DNA from: Octopus vulgaris
Taxonomy: Eukaryota
Length of the DNA stretch: 64,000 bases
Assembly: GCA_951406725.2 (NCBI GenBank)
Contig: OX597815.1
Location: forward strand, 95,232,001-95,296,000
Reading direction: 5' to 3'
Below the pieces are notes generated by a model. The model was given only the letters and a program-made list of their open reading frames with translations, ran no database searches and was not told the origin of the DNA. The translations under genes and the position numbers were made by a program. Below are positions 24,191-38,139 of this stretch, piece by piece (position 1 is the first letter of the stretch; each line of letters starts with the position of its first letter).

Positions 24191-25834
24191 TGTGCGCGTG
24201 TATGCAATGCCGAGAGTGAGAGAGGGACGAGAGAGAGAGGTTGAAAAAGTGAGGGAAATAAGAAAGTGTTATGCCCATTTCCCCTGTTTGAAATTGTACT
24301 CTGAAACTTTCATCAACGCGTTACCGGTTAGAAGTCAAGTCAATTATGGAAGTGCAGCATGAAGCAAATTGCTAATGAAGTAAATGTCTTAACCACGCTA
24401 CCATACATTCGCCCATATAGTGATACATATCAATTTTATAGTTTTAAGCGTACACCAGTGAATTTATAACACCACTCAGTGTTAGCATAAAGATTTTAAA
24501 TCCATGGACAGCCAGCAAATTAAACAGATTGAAGACGAATATAAAACAAAAATGAAGAGTGTAAAAATTAAAAGAAACGTGATTTATTACTGTTTTATTT
24601 TCCTCTATTAACAGCAAAGAATTTTTCTCAAAATAATATATCAGCTTTTCCAGGTTTTTCTTTTTCACATCGATTACGTCAGGAAATAGCATGCTCTAAA
24701 ATTATTTTGAGTTCCATGGTTATATAAAATTATCACAATTATTAGTTAATTATATAATCAGATAGAAAGGAAAGATATTATATACGGTTAATGAGAAAGT
24801 TATTTAATATACTTAGGAAAGATTCTCACACATTAGTAGAGATGTTCTTAAATACAACATAGCTTTACATATAATGTATGTCTAATAAATTACTATTCGT
24901 TATTATTCACACACACACACGCACGCACACACACATACACACACATACACAAACGCACACACATACATACACAGGCATGGAGATGCTTGAGCCACTTCCG
25001 AAGCATATATCGGCCATTTTCATTGAAAACGACAGTATATAATCTCGCGCTGTGTTGATTTTATTGGAAAAAAAGGGTTATTATCTGAATAAATTTGCAT
25101 ATGTTTTATAAGCAATAATGAAATCGATCATTAAATGGTTTACTCGCACCAGGTTTATTGAATTTACAAAATATATAAAGTTTCTGATACTTTCTTTCAA
25201 TGATTCATATTCTCGTAATTATGTTCTTGACTTCAGTATCATACTTGCAGTGCAGTATGTAATGGCTTATTCGAGATCATTTTCGTATGCAAGTACAATT
25301 GTGTGTAGGCAACGATGAATAACGAAAATCTCATAATAGATAACTATTATGAAGTTGAAATTGCAGGATGGAAGCTAAGAGTAAATGTTTAAGAGAAGAG
25401 TTAATAATTTGCACCGAGCTCTCTAGAATATACATACCTTCGAGAGATATTCGCATGCACATATATATTTATGAGTATCTGAATGCAGTTATTATTTGTA
25501 GCTTAACTGCATTTAACTTTCGTAACTTTGCGTTGTTTCTGTAAATATACACATGCAATTATTAATATTTTATTTTATTTTGCGAATATTTCGTACTTTA
25601 GTTTCTGAGGTATTGACACGTATGCTCTAGCGGCAACTGCGCTTGTATTTTCGCATGTAACATTCTTATATACTTTGTGGGATTACGTACAGTTTGTGAC
25701 AGTTACTGATTTACGCATACATATATTTTCAGTTTCAACTTCCATGAGATGTTATTCCTTCTGATGCACTACAGTACATAGCAGTTTACGTCATAAATTT
25801 AAATCATAATATTCAAGGTAATATATGGTTTATT

Positions 25835-26862
25835 ATACAAAGGTTGTTCCAAACATAATGCAAGGATTGTCATACCAATTTCTTAACTGACATAAACCGT
25901 TCAAATTGCATATGTCGGTAGAATAGCTCTTTCTCTATACAAATGTACTTCACAACAGTCTTGAACAGCGGTACGTTTGCACAATCGGTGAGCCGAATTC
26001 TTGAATTATCTTGTGCCTTGTTGTGCCCTCTTTAGTTGTGCAATGTTGTACTCATTTCTTCACAACCACTTTTACATCCTCAAATTGTTGTCAAAGGTGA
26101 ACGAACTTCCATTGAATCGAGGTGGAAATCGCAGAGCACCAAATCTGGGCTGTACGCAGGATGGGGGAAAAGTAACAAACTCAGTTTGCCGATTGCTTGA
26201 TTTGCTGCCAAACATACGAATGCCCTCGCATTGTTATGTCCCCTGTCATCAGTTCGAAAAGTAATGTGTTTGCATTGGGTTGAAGTGCTTCTAGCAGAGT
26301 AGAGTAGACTTCCACCCTTCTCTCATTGAAATATGATGTCAGTTGCGTAAGTGTCCATTTTGCATACACTTTCTGGTAAGTGTCTTTTACCATTTTCGGT
26401 AACGCTACGTAGTAGCAGTCCATTTGTTCGGCCACGTTACAAATTGTGATTGATCTGTCTGTATGCGTCAAATCATCCACTGGCTGTCAACTGTTGCAGA
26501 TGATGGTCTCCAGCTGCGCTAACTACTTTTAATGATTGTTTCCTTCACTTTAAACTTCTCCATTCATCTATATAGATTTCTCTTCTCAGTGGTTCCATCT
26601 CCAGATATCCCCTGCAGACTTTTGTGTATGTCTGACAGGCTGCACCATTCCTTTATGAAAAGCTCAAAGACGGCTCGTTGCTTCTGACTATTTACTTCTG
26701 ACTAGTTGTACATGACCAGTTGCCTACGACGAAAAATAATGGGAAAACGATTATTATACAAGAGAAGATACTCCAGTATTGCATGCAATTTGAACGACGT
26801 ATACCAGTCAATGAAAAGGTTGTACCAACTTTTACCTTAGTTTCGAGCTAGCCTCAAGTGTA
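25835..26862 (-). mobile_element. Decayed mariner element
   Basis: Minus frames: QRAVFELFIKE..DIHKSLQGISGDG (HTH), WRPSSAT, DRSITICNVAEQ, KVYAKWTLTQL (WVPREL-like), LMTGD; degenerate TA-flanked ends. Confidence 0.8.
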
Positions 26863-28751
26863 CATATACAATTTCTACATGGTAGAATACAATTTGTATT
26901 CTGGTTTAAAGATTTTCCCACGGTTTTGGAGAATGAGAGTGGAGGAAAAGACGTGAAGTTGCGGGATTTAGGGGAGAATAGATTCGCTTGGGAATAATTA
27001 AACTTTTATTATTTTAGCCGTACAAGACCGGTAATATAAAAGTAAGTACAGCATATGATACAAATCAAGTAAGTTTCTCTTTATGAAGGAAAATTTAATT
27101 GACAATAGGAAATCCTGCTCTTTCACAGAAATGCTATCTTCGGAAACTAACTGAAATATACAATATTACTATTTTTTCTACTTTGAACTGTATATATTGT
27201 GTTTTATACTGTATATATTGTGTTCCATAGACTGCATTTCATGAATAAGATTTTCAGCCGAATGCTTATTTGTAAATGATACTTGTGTTTTGCATGTTAA
27301 GCATAAATAGTACATTACCGGCAGCAACAGTAGAAAAGAGATACTCAACAAATGTGTTCATTATTATGACCGACACTACAGTTAAAAGATCTTAGGTTGC
27401 CATAATCAACAGGAAATATTTCAAATTGAAGTAAATACTTAATATCGTAAATATTACCGTAGAATTGACAGTTCATTAAATCTTTCAGCTTTAGCAATCT
27501 AAGAATTCTGTTGAAGTTTTATGTAAACATGTCTTTCGGGGTAATACCAGTTGAACATTAATTGTGCATTCAGTCGGTAGTACCATCTGTTCCGGTTCCT
27601 TCCTCTCAGCATTAGTTTTCCATAACTACATGTTTCTGGCATGAATTTGTCGAGCTTTTCCCCGAGGTCAATAAAATAATTACTTGAAATACATAGAATA
27701 ATAATCTGCAGTATAGACTTTAACAGAGTAAAGAGTTTTGTGTCTGTAGAGAAATATTATTTTACAGTGAATCCGATTCTGCTGATTTTGTAATAGTAGC
27801 CACAATTGAAATGATGGAACCAATTTATGACTCACTTCTAAAACGTTTGAAGTTATTCAATAAATATTATTCCCACACTTTCGATCAGCGTATCCCTTTA
27901 ATAATATACATTTCCAGGTAAATACCTTTTACATTCAATCATTTTATTTTACTTAATTAACTTTCAGTTTTGATATAGCACTTAAACTATTTTCTGTTAC
28001 TGGGTAGTCAATGACACTCGTGCAATCTGTAACATATATCAAATTGTAACGGTAGATAACTTCAATCTCTCTTTGAGGTTGCATGGGCTCTATTTTATGC
28101 TTGATACCGAAAAGATAATTGGATAGCAACCTATTCATATTGGTGGCTATTATTTGCCATCTCTAGTAATATTTTTATCGTGTCTTCTCTGTATCGAAAA
28201 TATGGGAACAACGCTTTCACATTTTCAGTACCCTTTATTAATAGAGCACATTTTATGAAAAATATAATTTCTAATTAGATATGATTACATTTAAGATATC
28301 AAATGTTAAAACATCTCTCTAAAATCCAATATTTTTGATGTAGTAACTCCTTATAATTCTAGCCAATGAAGAACGAGCATCTTTCATTTTTAAATCTCGT
28401 TACAACAGATTATGAGGTTATCACCCACTCTATGTGCTTTCCTGTTGAAGATATTTCATTTGATTTTCATCAATGAGTAGCTCCATTTTTTGATTATTGA
28501 GCTAGAGACTTCTTTTAGGGGCATTCATGCCACGTTTAAGCCGCATTGCATTCTTTTATTCTTTTAGTCAGTCTCAGGAAGAGTGAAGAAATGCCGAAAA
28601 TCAAACCTTGATGAAGGTGTACACTTCTTATTATGCTGTCAGTATTGTAGATTATATTAGCTAAATGCTGGATTTCCTTTCGGGTTTCAAATTCCTGATT
28701 TTTAAATACCGTGTTGTTTTATTAAAACTGCCTTATTTCATATATATATAT

Positions 28752-28898
28752 ATATAGTTTCTGGCTATATCGCAAAATACAATATGCAGCATAGACGGGG
28801 TATATATATATATATATATATGAAATATATATATACATATATAAACACACACACATATATATATGTATATATCTATATACATATATATACATATATAC

Positions 28899-28991
<93 letters not shown>

Positions 28992-29044
28992 CCGTCTATG
29001 CTGCAGACTACATATTTTATCTTGCGATATAGCCAGAAACTATA
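28752..29044. repeat. Inverted repeat (arms about 50 bp) enclosing a 190-bp TA-rich microsatellite
   Basis: tatagtttctggctatatcgcaa..tgcagcatagacgggg at 28752-28800; its reverse complement at 28990-29044. Confidence 0.9.
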
Positions 29045-29339
29045 GAAATTCTTTTATATTTAGACTGGCACGTATTTCTGCAATTCTGTAAATTTGAAAG
29101 CAGTTGCCGCTCTTTGGCTCTTTTCTTAGAGAAACAACCCCGACCTCAAGAAGTCGGATACATTCCTAATTTATCCCTTCTCTGGGAGCAACAGGCGAGG
29201 ATACGTTTTCACTACAAAACGCGAGAACAAACCATAAAACAAACAAAAAGAATACATTATTGATAATAAAGGACAGTGTGGTTGACGTTGTTTGGTTGTA
29301 AGGATATGAGAGAGGGGGAATCGGCGAAGACGGCAGTGA

Positions 29340-30000
29340 AGAAGACTTCTTTCAGCAAGGAATATTTTGATCTTTATTCAATCACCAAAGCAAATTCCAC
29401 CACCACCACCATTACCGATTTCACATGCATTGCCGAGAAAAGATAAAGAAGCAATTGCAATAACAATCTGCTGAGCAGAAACACCAATAACAACAGCAAC
29501 AATCTATAGAGCAGCATCAAGAAGTGCAAAAGCAAAAATATCTGGACAACAACACGAACAAAATTCTGATGGCCAATCATGACATAACAAAACCAAGTCT
29601 ATGCAGAAAAATAACAGAAATAATCGTACTAAATGGTTTCAGCAAACACGTTACCGTCAGCAACTCAGTTATCGCCATTATCATAGTCACAACTTCAACT
29701 GTCGTTGTTTGCACTCAATACTATTGCTTAACAATTGCTTCAGCGAAAGCCAAGTTGCTGTCCTATAGGAGAAGTTAAAATTGCATTCCAAGAAAAATAC
29801 GATGAAAACATGAAAGTAAATCAATGAAACCAAACTAGTAGTAGCATCCGCTACATGTAGAGCCAAACATATAAAAAAAAAACCGATCATCATGGATTTC
29901 AATGTTGTATACACAAGGATCAGTGGGTTAAGTGAGAGCTCAACATGTCGGAAATTGTTAACCAAAGATTTGAAAGAGTCACTAACAAATCTACGCCGAA
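29340..30000 (+). pseudogene. Highly decayed Penelope-like remnant (linker plus GIY-YIG)
   Basis: FHHHHHYRF segment, N-rich linker, NCRCLHSILLLNNCFSES (CNCRxxxxCPLxxxCL-like) and NETKL. Confidence 0.45.
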
Positions 30001-30283
30001 CACATTTCTGAGAAATACATCATCAATCTGCTTAACACATAATATTTTCGTATATGATATCAGAATTTTGGAAATACAGCAGGCAAGAGTATTTTGGCGG
30101 ACCTCACTGATTTATAGTTTTCGAGCAGCATAGCGGTAATCTATAGATATATTTTAAGCTACACCATCTTTAAACGATCCTTACAATACCGACTGCATAG
30201 GCAAAGCAAAATCAACACCAAGTACAAAATAATTTGCTGCAACAAATCTACTAATCTATTGCACACACACACACACATTCCCC

Positions 30284-30387
<104 letters not shown>

Positions 30388-30899
30388 TCAACAAAGAATC
30401 CCATATCTGAAACCTGGTAATAGCGGCAAGTTTTCAGTTGAGATTAAACGAAAGTTGTCTTCAACGCTGCTGATTTAGGCCTCTTCTACAGAAGCTGGAT
30501 TGCAATACTGTGCTCATTTCACTTTTGCCTTTTGGCCCTGCGGGTCCGTTCAACATCTTGCGTTCGTTCCATCATCGGTGTTTCCCTTTCTTTCCTTCTG
30601 CAAGTACCGATATCATAGCTGCTACTGCAAAATTACAGAACTATATTGCAGAAGACCCGCGTTTGCACATAAGACCGACGTCAACCAAAGTCATCAAGAT
30701 GAGCAGCCCAGTAATGAGGAAATAGGTGGTGGTGACAGGCACATAAATTATCTAAAAGCGTGCCGCTTAGCATTTCAAAGGTAGATCAATGCCATCCGAG
30801 TGTGTATGTTTGTGTGTGTGTGTATGTAGCTGTGTGTGTATGTAGCTGTGTGTGTATGTAGCTGTGTGTGTGTAGCTGTATGTGTGTGTGTGGTAGGAC

Positions 30900-32200
30900 C
30901 TGATAAATTCCTCGGGCTTTGCTTTGCCCAGATCTCCAAGTGAACATAAACTGGGATGATTTGATGATCAGGGTAGCTGATGGGGCTAGTGGAAGTGGCG
31001 AATGCGTGCGTCGCATCTGTCATCTACTACCGCACGATCACTGTGCCTCATCATGATTCATATCTGATAGAAATTTTAATCTTCCGCTTTCTGTGGATCA
31101 GACATGTTCTGCTGCTGACACAGCCTATTTGCTGCTAATAATCGCTGCATGTAGGATTACGTATATTATGGCTAATGATGCTATCACATGCGTTCATGCT
31201 ACATCTTCTAATTTGGAGATTAAGAAATTTTTCCCTCTCGTATGCCATTTGCTTGTTGTTTCTTGCTTCGTCAGCGTTTCTGTCAACAATATATGTGACC
31301 CTGTTAAATATTCTAATCAAAGTTTGGGATCATTTCGTATCCTGTACCTTCTAGTCATTTGATTATTTCAGCACCAGGCTTACTTCTGTTTATTATGGGC
31401 TTCCAAGTTATTTTCAGGCTTAGTGTTCTATTGTTCAATCATTTTCGGATTCATCGACTCAATCATGGTGAAAGTGCATTCTTGACATAGCTATTGGTGT
31501 ATCCTAGTAAGTGCTTCTTCCCTTTAGATTTAGGAAATACCTCAGTAATCACTGATACTCTACAATGCCCAAGCATTGATACTCTACAATGCCCAAGCAA
31601 TAGAACATTGCCCTCAGATGTATCCGGTGTTGCTGCTGCGCATATCGACATCTCTGATCAGTAAAATGGTCACGATGCTGGATTTAACAAACCATTTCAT
31701 GTCCTCCAATCTTCCGGCAGAGGCTGGAGAATATCGGTGGAAGCTCTGTCTCTTTTTTCTGCCTTTGCTACTATTGCTTTCAGCTCCTCTGTATATCGAA
31801 GCTGGATGATCTCATTGCATCTTCACAGGGTGTTCTTGTTTTACTCGCATCTCCTCATTTTATCACCTTTGGTGTATCGAATACCTATCCCCGTATCATC
31901 TCTAGCACCGTCTTACCCAGAGCGACAATGCTTCGAAATTCTTTCTCCGCTAATATCTTTCTCATAATCTCCAACACAGAAATATTCACGCTTGTCTCAT
32001 CCGTATATAAGTGTCTGCAAAGACGGTGGCAAAATCCACATCGTTGAGATCCGTGATTGCTTTGTATACGAAGAGCGGTCAAAGGCGGCAGGTTATAATT
32101 TGAAACATACTAGTCTGGTATCTAGAACAGGATAAGCAACCTCTCGGAGACTCTCGAGTTATCTCGATTAAGGAACAATGATGGTAGACTTTAGCGTCTG
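30900..32200 (-). pseudogene. Highly decayed non-LTR (RTE-like) RT remnant
   Basis: Minus-strand traces EDWRT*NGLLNP, VFPKSKG and GIREGK; many stops. Confidence 0.4.
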
Positions 32201-34409
32201 ATAAGATAGGACTGATCAAATATTTTTCAGCCGTAATCATTTCTTTCTTTAATGTACAATCTACAACATCAAATATGTCTTTCAGTTTTAAAGATCATAT
32301 GGCAGAGCTTAAACGATATTTGACTATTATGTGTAGGGACTCTGTAGAAGACTCTTCATTCTCTTTCAAAATATAAAACCACATTGCTTCACTCCGGTAA
32401 ATCCAAGTATATTTGCTGCGGACCATACTGTGTATGTTTAATCTTTGTTTTGCATTCTGCCTTTTTTTATTCAAATTACATAATAGTTTATAAATGATTC
32501 TTTGTTCTTTTTATATATATTTTCTGATATAATATTTCCTATGCATGTGTGGCTATATCTCTGCAGCATGCTAGCGTTTTGGTTACCGCTTGATTACATT
32601 TTCCTTACACATTCCCATATCATCTGTTGAAGTTCCGAGTAGATCACACCACTTTCTAAAACATAGAAAATGAATAATATGTATGTTTGTGCCACATGTA
32701 TGCGTATATGTGCAAGAAGCTATGTGTATGTATGTATGTAAATCAATTTCATGTGAGCCAATTTTCTATCATCAGCATATCGCGAAATTATAGCCAATCT
32801 CTTGGAATGAGTTGTCGAAAATCTCTTGGCGTCCGAATTCTGTGTAACTATATGATAAAATATAACTGCCGTATATTGCAATAAAATAGGGAATAAGTTC
32901 CCTGAATGATTATAGTGACAAAGTGCCCGGATAAAATGGCATCATACAAAAATTGAAGAAAAGAAAGATGATATCCCACGAGCACGAAAATGAGATGAAG
33001 CACGAAATATATTCGGTATGAGATTATTGTGGAACCAAAATGATAAATAAATAAATAAATAGATAAAACTTATGCGTCGAGAAACGAAGGCAGTGAACTA
33101 GACAAGGCAGTAAGTAGTTGCTGGATAGCAATCTTACCTTTTATATTCTGTCAAAGTGCTCGGGAATTTGCTTTTAGAGAATTATTGGTAAACAAAAAGC
33201 TGAAGCATGAAAGCATATATAAAGTTATTATTCAAGAACTCTGTCGCGAAAAGAAGGCAATCATGTGGACGCCTTAGGATAACAATCTTAGCATTTCTCT
33301 TCTGTGAATGTAGCCACTGAATTTTCCTTTTAAAATATTATGCAAAAACGAACAGACTCTTGCATAAGTGCAAACGTATATTTTTGAAACACTTCAGTTT
33401 CTGTTTCATATCTTATATAATACATTCACCCGTATCTTGCATTTTGCCATTAGTATATCATGATTGAATTGAAATGTTTCAGTCATATCGACTCCGCAAC
33501 CAAATCATTTATCACTTCCAAGCTTCAAAGGGCTCTTATGCACGTTTCGATCGGCTAGAAATAACAGTTAATTCTCCCTCAAATCATGCAATTTGACTTC
33601 TTTTTTGTTTTTGTTTTCTATTTCATTAACCTTTATGAACTCTGTTCTTCATATGTACTCTCATACTTAGCTTTTCTGTGAGATGTATCAGTAATTGTGC
33701 TTTAGATGTCGTGAATTTCATACTTTATGCAGACATTTAAATAAATAAATACGGACAATTTATAACTGTAGACTATCCAGCCTACATTTTCAAGAAGGCC
33801 CCTTCAAATAAATCGACACAATTAATAAGTAATCAAGCGTTATCCTGTTCCGTAGACATGTATATAGGTATATACATATATATATATACATACACACATA
33901 TGTTTGTCTTAGTGCGTGTACAAAGAGAGAGAGAGCGAGAAATGGAAGGGAAGGGAGAGAGAGATAGTTACACACAAACGCAAGTCATTGACCTAAGCCT
34001 GAAGTAATTTATATCACTAATATCAGATGGATGCCTTAAATTGTTGATCCAAAACACGGATAAGATTTTCAATAATATAAATGTCAAGGAAGCACCAATA
34101 ATCATGAAACAATACCCGAATTTATTTATTGATTAAATAGATAATACTGACATGGAAAACCCACAGGCTTTTTACTGACAGAATGTTAGAATACAATAAA
34201 ATGCTCCAGGATAGAAAAATGAATAGAGAAAGAAAGCGTAGACAACATGAAATCCAAGTAAATATGTTATATAAATATGCAAAAGAAACAGATGGAGAAC
34301 ATATCAAAATAAAGTCATTCGTGGAAATAATGTATTCAAGTCTATCAAACAATTAAAAGGTTAAATAAATTACTATAATATATTTGAACAACGACGATGA
34401 TTCCAGTTA

Positions 34410-34625
34410 ATATGATCAATGTAATAGCCTGCTCGTGAAATTAACGTGCAAGTGCATTCCACAGACACGCGTGCCCTTAACATAGTCCTCAGAGAGATTC
34501 AGCGTGACACAGAATGTTATGAGTGATATGAATTGTCTTGTACAATGGCACAATGCCGGGAATCAAACTCATGACCTGATGATCAAGAGTCGAACACTCT
34601 AAGCACTAGGCTACGCTCCTTCACA
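34410..34625 (-). mobile_element. tRNA-derived SINE, internally deleted
   Basis: Minus-strand head gtgaaggagcgtagcctagtgcttagagtg..gagtttgattcccgg contains A- and B-box-like motifs. Confidence 0.7.
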
Positions 34626-35628
34626 TTATATTTTACTTGTAGCTGTGTCTAAGTCATAATGTCACTCATTATAATAGAGATAACTGAGAGACATTGAAAA
34701 CTAGAATTCTGCGAAGGCATGTGACGAGAATAAATTAACTGCAAGAGTGGAATATTGAGTGTTCATGAAAAGAGCCAACACTAAACCTTAAAAACAAACA
34801 ATCAAAAAAGAGTGGAAAACCTAGTGATGCTCTGCAAATAGGTGCCCCAGCAATACCGCCGTCTAATGATTGAAACAAACGAAATACATCAAAGAGATAA
34901 AAGAGGAGAATATTTTATTCTGAAGGATGAAAAGAGAGAAAGCAAAAGCAGTTTAAAGTAGAACACTCCGTAGATGAGAATGGATCTCTCAAATGTGTTG
35001 AAAGATACTTAATCTAGGATTATTAATAGAGTGAACGAAGGGGAAATAAGATTGGACGGAAAACTAAGGAGTGTTATTGGAACGAGGGTTGACGAGAATA
35101 AAATAAAACGAACGCTAAACTGAAAGGCAGTTAATGACTGAGAAACGCTATGAAGGTATACAAACACTTGTAGGTATGCGTGTATATATATATATATATA
35201 CATATATGTGTGTGTGTGTTATTGGTGTGGGTGGTTGTAAAATGGAAAAATTTAAAGGAGAGTTAATGTTAGAACACAATATGCCGTTGTTTACTGTGAA
35301 AAAAACCCCTCCCATATACACTTCTGATGCATAAAAGTATCCGTACCTATATTGCTGCAGCGCCGGAAGTGACACATGAAGTGATTCCGGCTTTCAGTGA
35401 TCTTGTCTATGAGAGATGAATGAGGCCAGAAATGGCAGCCGGTTTCCCGTCAGCGATATGAACAGATTCTCAGTGTCTATTCAGGTACCGGTAATGTATA
35501 TAATCAACAACAGGAGCAGTGTCGATACCAAACAGTAATATGTATCTCCAACTTAATGTGGACGTTGTTTTAGAACACAGAATACTGCGTTAGTTACCTC
35601 TAGAGAACCTCTCATATGGAATTGTGTG

Positions 35629-35686
<58 letters not shown>

Positions 35687-36144
35687 AGAGAGAGAAGCAC
35701 AGATGGAGTGAGTGAGAAAGAGGGAGAGAGAGAGACAGAAAGAGATAGATAGAGAGAGAGAAGAGGGAGAGGGAGAAAACTCAGAGGCAATCGGCTCCTA
35801 TAACTAATCGGGAATATCTGTCATTGACAAAGCAACGAAAGGCTGAAGTTATGTGATCTGCCAACGTAGCGGACAGTTATTGTTCACCAGTGATATCTGC
35901 TGGGGTACTTTTATGCCCCACAAGCCCATATGAGAGGTTCTGTCGTGATAAATAAGTCAGTATTCTGTGTTCCAACACAACATCCACTTTTAAATGGGGA
36001 TAAATATTACCTTTGGTCTTAATTTGTGCTTATGTTGCAAATGATTACATATACAAATGTATGCATATGGTGTGTGTGTGTGTTTGTATGTGTGTGTATG
36101 TATGTATGCGTGTATGTATGTATGCGTGTATGTGTGTGTATGTG

Positions 36145-36325
36145 CGTATATCTAGCGGCATTTCCTCCGTCTTTACGTACCGAACTTTAATTGCGCTCAG
36201 GTAGACTTAGCCCTTCGTCCTATGGGGGTCGAAAAAATAACAATCCATCAGGTACTGGGTGTCACTGTAATGAACCTAAACTTTCACTCCAACACGACTG
36301 ACCCTGTGCCAGAGTTTGAAATCAT
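36145..36325 (+). mobile_element. Degenerate SINE family A
   Basis: tagcggcatttcctccgtctttacg..gacttagcccttcgtcctatgggggtcga. Confidence 0.6.
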
Positions 36326-37202
36326 GATGTTATATATATATATATATATATATATCTTCGCAAATCAGATAAGTGTTTCCTTCAAACTTTCATTTCCGAT
36401 GTCAAAATCTATTCAGACAGAGGATATCTCTAAAGGAAACAATGTTTGGTTTACCAGCTGGTATAATATATTTATATTGAGTATGTATAATACATATATA
36501 ATGTAAGCGTGTATATACTAAAATACTCGGAAATGGCAAATAACCAGCCAAAATGCCATAAGCGGAATTATTTCCACATAACTATTTATACTTACTCTCC
36601 ATTCTCCGAAATGCATTACTCTAGTTAATTGTTTTACCTTTCATGTTCTTCTCTATCCCTAGACAATAATTTGAAATAATTGCAATGATTTACTTATAAT
36701 AAACGCAATAAAATAATTGTAATAACTTATATTAACAGTGTACAAAGTTGTGGAAATAGTCGTTATATACATACATACAAGCATACAGACATACGTATAT
36801 ATGTACATTAATATAAACAGCTAGGTGTAATGTAATATCATAAAAGAAAAATTCAATCGTCACTAAGTGTGACTAAGTGTGTCGGAACACCTGTACTGCT
36901 AGAAATAAGAGTTGAAATACACTTAAACCTGTAAGAGGAGCGCCATATATGCGCCATATATGTATATATATATTATATATACCATAAACATTTCTGGATG
37001 ATTTAAAGAAATGCTAATGCGAATAGTAAAAGTTGATATAAACAGCGAAGCACAATGTAATACCATAAAGGAAAAATTTAATCTTCACTCAGTACATTTT
37101 AAATATACTGCAAAAATCACGTGAAATGCATTTTCGCGGGTTATATAAAGCGTTTCATTTACAGAATCAATTTTAATGTTACTTAATATTTCATTATATA
37201 TA

Positions 37203-37414
<212 letters not shown>

Positions 37415-38083
37415 CGTATATATAAGAAAATAAGAAAATGGAGATAATTCAATTGATAAGTATATATATTAACTGCAAAATTAAACATGATCTCTAATAG
37501 CTGTTTCGATTCATAATTTAAAGATTATAATTGTAATAATTAAAACATTCTATAAAGCGGAATCTCGTCAGAGGCAGAAAAAAAAAGATATAGAAGTATG
37601 TTATTAGTTGTTAAGTATACGGATCACTACAGCAAACTGAGTATTGTTATATGGATAAGTTTGGTATAAACTCATTAAGTGGGACATAGGGCATATATTT
37701 AGTGGGACAGTAAATATATATTAATATATTCTAGATGATAGTTAGAAGGTGTAAAGATATATAATAAATAGTAATTAAGCACGTTTATAAGTATCATATT
37801 AAAATTTTGGGTAAATATAATTATAATTTATTATTGAAGAGGCTAATAATTAGTAGAAGTTGTTAATCGTCAAAGTATTTATCCAATGGATTACATATAT
37901 GTAAATAAATATGTGTTAAAAATCTAAGTAGGAATTGTATGTAGAAAAAATATTACATAAAGATACCTATGTTTGAAGAGATTTGGATAAAACATGATAA
38001 ATAATTGTGGATTATTACTTACTTTTTTGGTATATATATAAATATACATAAAATATACATACATATACATATACATACATACA

Positions 38084-38139
<56 letters not shown>

